Below, in pieces: positions 1 to 7,420 of a stretch of DNA of 32,916 nucleotides. Source of the stretch: an uncultured Nitrospina sp. (GTDB lineage: Bacteria > Nitrospinota > Nitrospinia > Nitrospinales > VA-1); NCBI GenBank assembly GCA_913044145.1, contig CAJWOD010000001.1, positions 1 through 32,916 on the forward strand, in the 5' to 3' direction. Positions within the stretch are counted from its first letter, which is position 1, and the number at the start of each line of letters is the position of its first letter. The notes beneath the pieces are model-generated. The model made no database searches, was not told the DNA's origin, and was given only the letters and a program-made list of their open reading frames with translations. The translations under genes were made by a program, and so were the position numbers.

Positions 1-302
1 CCTTTTCCCCAGTTATTATTGTTTATAGACTCAAAATGCTGGCGAGTTTCCCCACCCAAAGTCAAATAGAGGGACTCGGTTTTATTGAGTGGGATGTATT
101 TTATAGAGTCAAAAAAATCTGTACGCTTAGCAGGGTTTTTTAAAAATCTATAATCTTCTTTATATCGAGATTGCTTAAAGAAAGGACGTTCATTTTCAGC
201 CCATGCGGAAATTTGAGCCCAAACCATCATAATCATCAGCATCAAAACCTTGAAGAGGTTATAACCTGATATCAAATTTAATTTCCTTATACAAAAAAAC
301 AT
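1..302 (-). CDS. Outer-membrane beta-barrel protein, alginate-export-like family (N-terminal ~100 aa only; gene runs off the window start)
   Basis: Manual minus-strand translation from the ATG at 302..300 gives MFFCIRKLNLISGYNLFKVLMLMIMMVWAQISAWAENERPFFKQSRYKEDYRFLKNPAKRTDFFDSIKYIPLNKTESLYLTLGGETRQHFESINNNNWGK, open to position 1. The N-terminus is signal-peptide-like (hydrophobic core, AWA). The KYIPL...YLTLGGE.R..FE segment resembles N-termini of alginate-export-type porins as I recall them. It is missing from the ORF track because it has no in-window stop. Confidence 0.45.
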   Translation of the reverse strand, partial: MFFCIRKLNLISGYNLFKVLMLMIMMVWAQISAWAENERPFFKQSRYKEDYRFLKNPAKRTDFFDSIKYIPLNKTESLYLTLGGETRQHFESINNNNWGK

Positions 303-389
303 TTTTTTCAACATGGATATAAATTTGTAATGCGACTTATATTTTTGAGAGAATGAATATCTAACTTTATCACTTTTACTGGTAAAAAT

Positions 390-728
390 TTGCTCACACA
401 AGCGCAGAATCAGATTATTTATCTTATGTTTTTGAATGGTCTGCTTTTTTTGGGTCTAAATTTTATTGCTTATTCAATAATTTTTCCAGGCCCAAAAGGC
501 TCCAAACGAATAGGCTATATGTTTATTACTTGTGGGTTTCTGGCTTACCTGGTGCAACAAATTTATCAGGGCATGCTTGCTCTTGATTACCCGCAAGAAA
601 ATGTGAGCGGATTAATTTTAAGTGGTTTAGTGATACCCGTTTTTTTTACATCAATATTTTATTACCGAATCAAACGCAACCGAATAGAGAAAGAACAACA
701 AACAAAAATTAAGGAAAGTAATGATTGA
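390..728 (+). CDS. Small integral membrane protein, unknown function
   Basis: 112-aa ORF with about three hydrophobic segments and a basic/acidic C-terminal tail. It has a TTG start at 390 (alternative ATG at 426) and no clear SD. Its 3' end overlaps the ltaE start by 8 nt (ATGATTGA), suggesting co-transcription or coupling. Confidence 0.4.
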   Translation: MLTQAQNQIIYLMFLNGLLFLGLNFIAYSIIFPGPKGSKRIGYMFITCGFLAYLVQQIYQGMLALDYPQENVSGLILSGLVIPVFFTSIFYYRIKRNRIEKEQQTKIKESND

Positions 729-1755
729 TCTAAGAAGCGATACCTTCACTTATCCTACAAAATCCATGCGCGAAGCTATGGCAATGGCCGAAGTTGGAGA
801 CGATGTTTTTCAAGAAGATCCTACCGTCAAAAAGCTTGAAACCTTAGCCGCTGAAAAAACTGGAAAAGAAGCAGCCCTTTTCGTCCCCAGCGGTACTATG
901 GGAAATCTGATTAGCGTGCTCAGCCATTGCCATCGAGGCGATGAGATTTTACTTGGGGACAAAAGCCATATATCCCTTTATGAGGTAGGTGGAGTTTCTG
1001 CTTTGGGAGGGATCCATCCGCGCACCCTACCCAATAATAATGATGGAACCATTTCCATAGAAATATTGGAAAAAGGAATCCGGCACTTAGATATTCATTC
1101 CCCGCCAACTCGCTTGATTTGTCTAGAAAACACCCATAACTTCTGCCAAGGATCACCCCTTCACCCTGATTACATGATGATCGTTGGGGATCTGGCAAAG
1201 AAATATGGATTAAAAATCCATATCGACGGAGCAAGAATCTTTAACGCAGCTGTGGCTCTGAAAGTGCCTGTTTCAAAATTAACGGAGCAAGCAGACTCGG
1301 TAATGTTTTGCCTTTCGAAAGGACTTTCTGCACCCGTGGGTTCACTGGTTTGTGGGTCGGCGGAGTTTATTGACAAAGCTAGAAAAGTCCGAAAAATGGT
1401 GGGCGGGGGAATGAGACAGGCCGGACATATTGCTGCCGCTGGAATAATCTCCTTAGTCAATCTAGTAGATAGGCTTCAGGAAGACCACGAAAACGCAAAA
1501 ATGCTCGCAACCCAAATATCTGATATGAAGGGAATTGAATTAGACAAATCCAATATAAAAACAAATATAATATTCTTCAAATTGAAGGGATTGGATGGGA
1601 ATTTATTCCTCCAACAGTTGGAAAAAAAACAAATCAAAATTCTTATGACCGATACTGATGCGGGTATTTTTCGTGCTGTTTTACATCGTGATGTGTCAAA
1701 AAAACAAGTAGAAACTGTTATCAAGTCCTTTGAATCTATATTAGGTAAGGAATGA
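721..1755 (+). CDS. ltaE: Low-specificity L-threonine aldolase (PLP-dependent, beta-eliminating lyase family)
   Basis: The N-terminal DLRSDTFTYPT motif, SGTMGN, and the PLP-lysine context FCLSKGLSAPVGS are typical of threonine aldolases. Length is 344 aa. A purine-rich AAGGAAAG lies upstream of the ATG. Confidence 0.85.
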   Translation: MIDLRSDTFTYPTKSMREAMAMAEVGDDVFQEDPTVKKLETLAAEKTGKEAALFVPSGTMGNLISVLSHCHRGDEILLGDKSHISLYEVGGVSALGGIHPRTLPNNNDGTISIEILEKGIRHLDIHSPPTRLICLENTHNFCQGSPLHPDYMMIVGDLAKKYGLKIHIDGARIFNAAVALKVPVSKLTEQADSVMFCLSKGLSAPVGSLVCGSAEFIDKARKVRKMVGGGMRQAGHIAAAGIISLVNLVDRLQEDHENAKMLATQISDMKGIELDKSNIKTNIIFFKLKGLDGNLFLQQLEKKQIKILMTDTDAGIFRAVLHRDVSKKQVETVIKSFESILGKE

Positions 1756-1768
1756 AGTTTAATGTTAT

Positions 1769-1796
1769 TTGACAGTTTCCTAGATTTCTCTATAAT
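1769..1796 (+). promoter_or_regulatory. Near-consensus sigma70-type promoter upstream of rpoZ (TTGACA-N16-TATAAT)
   Basis: TTGACA is at 1769..1774, followed by a 16-nt spacer and TATAAT at 1791..1796. This places it about 30 nt upstream of the rpoZ ATG at 1827 and directly after the ltaE stop. Confidence 0.5.
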
Positions 1797-1826
1797 GATC
1801 TGGAACTTTAACTAAACAGGAATATC

Positions 1827-2063
1827 ATGATCGAATTAGAAATGCAGGACAGAATGGAACTGGTTCGTGAGGCACAAGATGTTGTCAAAAGTCGGTATCT
1901 CTTATGTATCTTGGTTGCTCAGCGAATTCATCAATTAGAAAATGGTGCCGAACCTACCATTGAATGTGACCCAGAGGATCATAATAATCCGAAAATGTTC
2001 TTTGAAATGGCTTTAAGAGAAATTATAGATGGCAATATGGATCTAGAACAGGTTACAATGTAA
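1827..2063 (+). CDS. rpoZ: DNA-directed RNA polymerase omega subunit
   Basis: 78 aa. SRYLLCILVAQRIHQLENG matches the conserved omega helix (N/S-R-Y/F-x-L-V-x-x-A-x-R-A-x-Q-L). The downstream MALREIIDGNM matches the IALREI..G motif. Confidence 0.65.
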   Translation: MIELEMQDRMELVREAQDVVKSRYLLCILVAQRIHQLENGAEPTIECDPEDHNNPKMFFEMALREIIDGNMDLEQVTM

Positions 2064-2259
2064 GAAGAATTGCTCCCCCAAGGCAACCCGCCCAAAGTAA
2101 TTAAAAGTTTAAAAGCTAATACCACTTACACTCATACTTGACCTCAAAATGTTTTTATCCAACGCAAGTGGTCTTTAATACTGAAGACTTGGGTAATCGA
2201 TCGGTCTAAAATAGTAAATATTTTTTGGCTTTTCTATTTCGGGAAAGGCTAGTACTAAT

Positions 2260-2922
2260 TTATTTGGGCTGGGCTGATTTGGCACATCTAAATCCGACGT
2301 TAAATAAACGAGATTTAGCATAAATGCTCATACGACTGCTCGGGGTTATTAAGTTAGCTGAGACATTAAAGGCTCCACCCATTACCACTCTTTTATCAAG
2401 TGTTTCACCTGAATATTCGCTTAGCTTAGCATCTGCAGTTGATGTCCACTCCCAAACATTGCCCGCTGTGTCGAATAACCCAAAAGGGTTTGGTTGTTTT
2501 TGGCCGACTGGGTGGTGACCAAGATCGTAATCTCCTCCATACCAAGCATAAGCCGCATCAGGTTTTTTACCCCAAAAATATTTTGTATTTGTTTGACCTT
2601 TTGCTGCTTTTTCCCACTCTTCTTGACTAGGCAACCTTTTACCTATTTTTTTACAATATGATGCGGCCTTATACCAAGTTATTTGCTCAGCAGGATGATT
2701 TTCACCTTTAAAAGAAAAATTTGCTCTTCCCATAACTTCCTTATACTTTTGTTGCGTAACTTCAGTCTTGTCAATATAGAAAGTATCAAGATCAATTAAT
2801 CTTTTTGATGTCCCGGCCTTGGGTTTTCCATGGGGTATTAAGGCCATCTCAGTTTCATTTCCAAAAAGATTTGCAGGGAGAAAGACTATTAGTATTAAAA
2901 TTGATATTATATGTCTTAGCAT
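2260..2922 (-). CDS. Secreted FGE-sulfatase domain protein (SUMF1/formylglycine-generating-enzyme family)
   Basis: 220 aa with an N-terminal signal peptide (ILILIVFLPANLFG). Family-typical motifs are ITWYKAASYCKKIGKRLPSQEEWEKAA, HPVGQKQPNPFGLFDTAGNVWEWT, GGAF and the C-terminal VGFRCAK. Confidence 0.75.
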   Translation of the reverse strand: MLRHIISILILIVFLPANLFGNETEMALIPHGKPKAGTSKRLIDLDTFYIDKTEVTQQKYKEVMGRANFSFKGENHPAEQITWYKAASYCKKIGKRLPSQEEWEKAAKGQTNTKYFWGKKPDAAYAWYGGDYDLGHHPVGQKQPNPFGLFDTAGNVWEWTSTADAKLSEYSGETLDKRVVMGGAFNVSANLITPSSRMSIYAKSRLFNVGFRCAKSAQPK

Positions 2923-2925
2923 ATA

Positions 2926-3075
2926 TTAAAATTTATTTTTATCGTCTTTTCTTTTTGATTTTGGGAAGTTTTTAGAAGAACCTGAAATCTTCAAAAATCC
3001 ACGTAATATAACCAACCCTACAATGATATAAACTATACTATAAAGTATGTAGTTTGCTTTATCTGGTATAGACAT
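2926..3075 (-). CDS. Hand-found 49-aa single-pass membrane protein
   Basis: Manual translation gives MSIPDKANYILYSIVYIIVGLVILRGFLKISGSSKNFPKSKRKDDKNKF*. A strong SD (GGAGG) sits 7 nt upstream of the ATG at 3075..3073. There is one hydrophobic helix and a lysine-rich tail. The stop lies 3 nt before the start of the FGE-like gene. It is below the ORF-track size cutoff. Confidence 0.45.
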   Translation of the reverse strand: MSIPDKANYILYSIVYIIVGLVILRGFLKISGSSKNFPKSKRKDDKNKF

Positions 3076-3121
3076 TTTTTAACCTCCATACTACATATTC
3101 TCCAGTTTCCTAGCTTTAAAC

Positions 3122-3151
3122 AAAAAAAAACCCGCCGAAAATTTCGGCGGG
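3122..3151 (-). terminator. Rho-independent terminator closing the cytochrome operon
   Basis: A perfect 10-bp GC-rich stem pairs CCCGCCGAAA (3131..3140) with TTTCGGCGGG (3142..3151). On the minus strand it is followed by a run of nine U (plus-strand A-run at 3122..3130). It begins 25 nt after the stop at 3176. Confidence 0.75.
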
Positions 3152-3175
3152 CTTTCTTTTAAAAACTTCTAATGA

Positions 3176-4939
3176 CTATTTAGGAAGCTCGTCACGCTGG
3201 ACCTTCCCTTCGTCATACATTTTCCGTGTTCGCTTTGTCATCCATACCAACCAACCCTGGAAGCAGATGAAAACTGCTGCAATGATTGGAGGCATGTAGT
3301 AAAGCGACGCAGGTAACGCAGGTTTCAGAATGGTGTAATACCATGTCGAGATAGCCATATGCTCATCATGCTCTTTATCCCAACCTGCCCATTGCATGAA
3401 ACTAACTGGAATGAACTGTTCAGAAGGAATCTGAACATCATCCGCACCTTCCGTCGTTAATGACCGCTTGAACATAACTTTGACACGACCCTGATGGAAA
3501 ATGGAGTCAACAACTTCAACTTTTCCTTCAGATTCTTTCTCAGAAATTGCATCAAAACCGTTACCTTTGAATTCTTGTACGGTTACGTCCAATTGATAGC
3601 CTTTTTCATTGGGCGGATTAGTCGCGTTATAATCCTTAGCCAAGAAGTTAGCCTTCCAAACGTCAACCGGCTTCTTAGAATCTCCATAGATAAAATACGG
3701 TTTTTCAGCGCCAAAAAGATCTTGTAATTGCCCCGGCCATTGGATTGCTACGGCATCGGGATATTCCGGATCCGTTGACAAGAACCTATTGTCGAATTCA
3801 ACAAGGTAGTAGACAGCATTTTCCTCTGCGCTCCATCGTGAACTTACCCAGAGGTTATCTGTTTTAGGGTCGAAATTACGTTTTCCCCTAGTGATCTGAC
3901 CCGCCATTGCGATGTAATGCCTCATTGGATTCTCAATCGTCTCTTCGGAAAGAGGAACAATTCTGTGATCCGTATATGAGGACTGCCAGCTTGGGTCATC
4001 AATTTTTGGAACCACCGGACCCTCTGTATAAACAGACTGAATAAGAAAGTCAGGAACTGGTTTGTTAGTCAGTGGGTCAATTTTCTTTCGCGGGCAAAGT
4101 GAGTTTACAAACGCCGCAACTTGCCAACGCTCCTTACCGGTCATCTGCTCCCGAAAGTTTGGCATAGGTGAACCATTCAAACCCGTCGAAATGGTACGGG
4201 CAACATTGAATGGATTAAAAGGATCACGGCGAGCTCCTCGGAAGTTCCAGCATTCCTGCCAGTTTGCTGCAACAATCGGGAAACCCCAATCATCCTTCAT
4301 GGTTGGGTTACCATCTCCTCGACCCTCGCCACCATGACACTCCATGCATTTATTTTTAATGAAGAGTTCCTTACCCGCATCAATATGCTCTTGAGGAACC
4401 CCTAGGTGGTATGGTCCTTTAGTCGCTGCCCATGGGGCATCTCCGAGTGGTCCTTTTCCATTATCAGCCGCTATACCGGTGATAACATTATTCACTTCTT
4501 CATCTTCAGTGTCATCAAAGGATCGATCCTGGACCAGAGTTTTTACAAAATTCACGACAGCTACGATTTCATCCTCCGACAAAAACTCACCCCAGGCAGG
4601 CATTGCTGAGCCCTGGAGGCCATTTTTTACGGTTTTGATTAAATCTGATTCCATTGGGAGCTCCCCTGAATCCGTTGTGCGGATTTTGAAAGTTCCCTGG
4701 ATGAAGTTACGTGGTCGAGTGTACAGACGTTCTGCAGAAGGGCCATCACCACCTCCTTCTACCCCGTGACACCAGACACAACGTTTAAAATAAACCTTCT
4801 TTCCCTTTTCTAGCAGGTCTTTTTTGACTCCATCCGGCACACCGGCAAATACTGCCCCCGGTGCTGCGAACAACGCCACTGCCAGAAAAAACATAAATAG
4901 GCGTTTGATGTAGTTATTATTTGTCATGGTCATTTCCAT
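3176..4939 (-). CDS. Dihaem c-type cytochrome fused to an EB_dh/NxrC-like (type II DMSO-reductase gamma-subunit-type) domain, with a C-terminal TM anchor
   Basis: Two CxxCH motifs are present (CVWCH, CMECH). The C-terminal half carries AVAIQWP...PYFIYGDSKKPVDVWKANF and IPVSFMQWAGWDKEHDEHMAISTWYY, resembling the ethylbenzene-dehydrogenase gamma (EB_dh) fold family. The terminal hydrophobic helix is PPIIAAVFICFQGWLVWM. The track ORF extends to a TTG at 5044. However, the signal peptide (MTNNNYIKRLFMFFLAVALFAAPGAVFA) follows Met36/38/40 and the upstream gene ends at 4971, so I place the start at 4939 (or 4933/4927). Confidence 0.75.
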   Translation of the reverse strand: MEMTMTNNNYIKRLFMFFLAVALFAAPGAVFAGVPDGVKKDLLEKGKKVYFKRCVWCHGVEGGGDGPSAERLYTRPRNFIQGTFKIRTTDSGELPMESDLIKTVKNGLQGSAMPAWGEFLSEDEIVAVVNFVKTLVQDRSFDDTEDEEVNNVITGIAADNGKGPLGDAPWAATKGPYHLGVPQEHIDAGKELFIKNKCMECHGGEGRGDGNPTMKDDWGFPIVAANWQECWNFRGARRDPFNPFNVARTISTGLNGSPMPNFREQMTGKERWQVAAFVNSLCPRKKIDPLTNKPVPDFLIQSVYTEGPVVPKIDDPSWQSSYTDHRIVPLSEETIENPMRHYIAMAGQITRGKRNFDPKTDNLWVSSRWSAEENAVYYLVEFDNRFLSTDPEYPDAVAIQWPGQLQDLFGAEKPYFIYGDSKKPVDVWKANFLAKDYNATNPPNEKGYQLDVTVQEFKGNGFDAISEKESEGKVEVVDSIFHQGRVKVMFKRSLTTEGADDVQIPSEQFIPVSFMQWAGWDKEHDEHMAISTWYYTILKPALPASLYYMPPIIAAVFICFQGWLVWMTKRTRKMYDEGKVQRDELPK

Positions 4940-4970
4940 ATGTTTAGGTTTAGTAACCGTTAAGTTCAAG

Positions 4971-5948
4971 TTATTCCCCACCACCTGAGGTAGAACCTTC
5001 TGTACCAAATGTTCGTGGATGCCAGCCTGTGTACCAATATTCAAACAGGATAACCTTCCAGATCTCCTCGGTTTTTAAATGCTCTTCCCATGGGGGCATT
5101 GCTGAAGACCAGGGGGTAGATTCGTTAGGTAGACCAGGTCCGCCCTTAGACACCCGCCAGAACAGAAATGCTTCCTGCAACATAGCAATGGTACCTGGAT
5201 CAATAAAGTTTGCAGGGGTGGGATTGAACACATGTGAGAACATTCCCAGCCCATTCAACTGATCCCCATGACAGTAATGGCAGTTCTGAAAGAAAATCGT
5301 GCCGCCTTCCGTCACATACTTCATGTACTCATGCTTATCCGCATCGAGAAATGGAAAACTATCTTTGTAGTTATCCTGCTCATCTATACGGAAAGGATTA
5401 TTAGTTGATTCCAGGGGATAAGTCTTGCCATGCACCTTAGTGGTAGCAGGAGGTGCGGGGTGAACCGTCCTCAACTCAACCGGTTCCTGGAAACTCGGAT
5501 AAATCGTGTTATACGTTGCGAACCCTACCAGGATCGGTAAAGCCGTAAAAACAACGATTCGTGCGAGTTTATACTCACCTATAATTGTTTTAACAATAGG
5601 AGCCCTGAATTCCCGAAAAGTCTCTGGATCCTGACTGATATAAAGAAAGGTTCCGATAGACCACATCACCATGTACGTAATAAACAGTGTCCAGGGAATG
5701 TGCGGATACAAAACATAATCATAAAAATAGAACCCAACTGACCAGACAAAAAGCCCTTTAAGAGAAACCGGGGGACTCAGCCTGAGCAATAGGTGCGTAA
5801 TGATCAAATACGCTACAAACAACAAAAAGTAAACGTATCTGTTAAGAATCCAGCCGACCTCCTTCGGTGTAAAAATAGGAAAAATAGCGTTATGAAACAC
5901 CGCTAGGCCGACAACAAATACCAAAAAGCTTACTAAATTTTTATTCAT
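4971..5948 (-). CDS. Polytopic membrane protein with a C-terminal monohaem class-I cytochrome c domain
   Basis: About five N-terminal hydrophobic helices precede a cytochrome c domain (FFQNCHYCHGDQLNGLG ... SSAMPPWEEHLKTEEIWKVILFEY), which is CcoP/class-I-like. The SD AGGAG lies upstream of the ATG at 5948. Confidence 0.75.
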   Translation of the reverse strand: MNKNLVSFLVFVVGLAVFHNAIFPIFTPKEVGWILNRYVYFLLFVAYLIITHLLLRLSPPVSLKGLFVWSVGFYFYDYVLYPHIPWTLFITYMVMWSIGTFLYISQDPETFREFRAPIVKTIIGEYKLARIVVFTALPILVGFATYNTIYPSFQEPVELRTVHPAPPATTKVHGKTYPLESTNNPFRIDEQDNYKDSFPFLDADKHEYMKYVTEGGTIFFQNCHYCHGDQLNGLGMFSHVFNPTPANFIDPGTIAMLQEAFLFWRVSKGGPGLPNESTPWSSAMPPWEEHLKTEEIWKVILFEYWYTGWHPRTFGTEGSTSGGGE

Positions 5949-5962
5949 TGCTGTCTCCTAAA

Positions 5963-7336
5963 TTAACTGCCAGCCGGGGGTTCGGTCTGACTAATAAAAT
6001 CCACAAGCTTATCGAGAGCCCGAACTGATAGCTGCTCCCCAAAGGTTGTGGGCATTAACCCATCCGGATATGATTCTCCGGCTTCTTCATTAAATACCAC
6101 ATAACACCCAGGGCACAGGATTGATTCCTTTACATATTCCTTGGTGTTCGTTGCTTTTCCTTTATAATTTGGATCTTTGATCCGTTCCGGCGCATTAATT
6201 TTCTCATGAAGTTTCGGCCCCAACTCACCAACCGCACCTTCAACGCCCGGAATCGTGTGACAAAGCGGACAACCCAGTGTGTTGATCATTGTCTGGATAT
6301 CCTCATTACCCGTCACGAAAACGGGGCCTTCCTCCTCATCTCCACCACTATCCTCCTCTACAACAGCACCACCGGTATTACCGGCATCATCCTGAGGTAA
6401 AGGAACGGTCACCGACGCAAATTCGCCCGGCGTATCCTTGGATTGAAGATAAGCGACTACAGCGTTTACCTCAACGCGACTCAAACTGATTGGCGGCTTG
6501 ACGATGACAGGCATTGGACTCTTAGTATCGTTAGCCTTACCAAAACCTTTTACCACATAACAGGTCGGACACATTAAAGACTCACGGAGGTAATCTTCTC
6601 CGATAAATTCATCCGGGCCACCTGCACGTCGATACTCTTCCGGTACCTCATCATGCTTACCCTTAACAATTCCAGAGGCTGGTTCTACTTCACCAACCGC
6701 CACAGGGCTTGTCGCATACCTATCCTCTTTTACGCGATCGTGACTTCTTTTCTCAACACCAAAAAGGTTTGGACAACGACCCATATGATCGCCAGGGTCG
6801 AAGGTGTGACAAAGAGGACACTGACCTTTTCCGATAGATTTCTGACCGGCAACCTGTTTGGCGCCAAAAATAATTACGCGCCCCATTTCAGCAAATTCTT
6901 CCATGGTCATATCACCCACAACCGCTGCTTCCTTGGGGGGTGGGTCAGATCGCTGTTGCGGCAACCAGTTGGTATAGCCCGCAAGCAGAACCGAAATTGT
7001 AGTATAGAAGAAAAAGGCTCTAATAATCGGTGCGGACTGCCTTTCAATTTTATTACTCTTGAAGAAAACTCCCCAAACCAACAACATAAAGAGAATAGTC
7101 CAAAGATAAGTTGAGAAAAAGAATACTAATTGATCTCCTTGAACAAGGCTGAACATATGCACGGTCATCAAAAAACAGGTGATGGCCATCGCCCCAAAAA
7201 TACCACCCCAGAGAGTCGAGTTAATTCCCTCCCTTTCTCTACAATGCTGGATAACATTGCCGAAAACATAAAGAGCAAATACGGCAAACATTATCGACAA
7301 AAATGAAAATAATATGTCATGCTGCTCTGGTAACAT
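5963..7336 (-). CDS. Membrane-anchored dihaem c-type cytochrome with an internally duplicated haem module
   Basis: About four N-terminal hydrophobic helices are followed by two homologous modules. Each contains CPLCH, then ES(L/I)xCPxCYVV, then MP, then an LS...(Y/F)(L/I) tail. An acidic/Gly-rich linker (VVEEDSGGDEEEG) separates them. A strong SD (GGAGGAAGGG) lies upstream of the ATG at 7336. Confidence 0.75.
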   Translation of the reverse strand: MLPEQHDILFSFLSIMFAVFALYVFGNVIQHCREREGINSTLWGGIFGAMAITCFLMTVHMFSLVQGDQLVFFFSTYLWTILFMLLVWGVFFKSNKIERQSAPIIRAFFFYTTISVLLAGYTNWLPQQRSDPPPKEAAVVGDMTMEEFAEMGRVIIFGAKQVAGQKSIGKGQCPLCHTFDPGDHMGRCPNLFGVEKRSHDRVKEDRYATSPVAVGEVEPASGIVKGKHDEVPEEYRRAGGPDEFIGEDYLRESLMCPTCYVVKGFGKANDTKSPMPVIVKPPISLSRVEVNAVVAYLQSKDTPGEFASVTVPLPQDDAGNTGGAVVEEDSGGDEEEGPVFVTGNEDIQTMINTLGCPLCHTIPGVEGAVGELGPKLHEKINAPERIKDPNYKGKATNTKEYVKESILCPGCYVVFNEEAGESYPDGLMPTTFGEQLSVRALDKLVDFISQTEPPAGS

Positions 7337-7420
7337 TTTTTCCCTTCCTCCTATACCCTCAGATTAAATCAGGGTTGAGCACCACATTATTTCGCGGCAC
7401 TCAACCCAAATCGATAATTG

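Noticed and set aside
920-1724. Three minus-strand ORFs (920..1234, 1170..1460, 1476..1724) antisense to ltaE
   Set aside because: They lie entirely inside a well-supported gene on the opposite strand. They have no SD and no recognisable motifs, which is typical of antisense shadow ORFs.
2132-2180. Possible terminator between the convergent rpoZ and FGE-like genes (ACCACTT ... AAGTGGT)
   Set aside because: It is only a 7-bp stem with a loop of about 35 nt and no adjacent U-run, which is too weak to call.
4940-5044. N-terminal 35-codon extension of the 622-aa track ORF (TTG at 5044)
   Set aside because: It overlaps the 3' end of the upstream cytochrome gene by 74 nt. It would also bury the obvious signal peptide, which begins after Met36-40. 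I judge it to be upstream open frame, not coding.
6653-7114. 153-aa plus-strand ORF antisense to the dihaem cytochrome gene
   Set aside because: It is a shadow ORF within a motif-supported minus-strand gene. Its composition is Arg/Asn-rich and non-protein-like.
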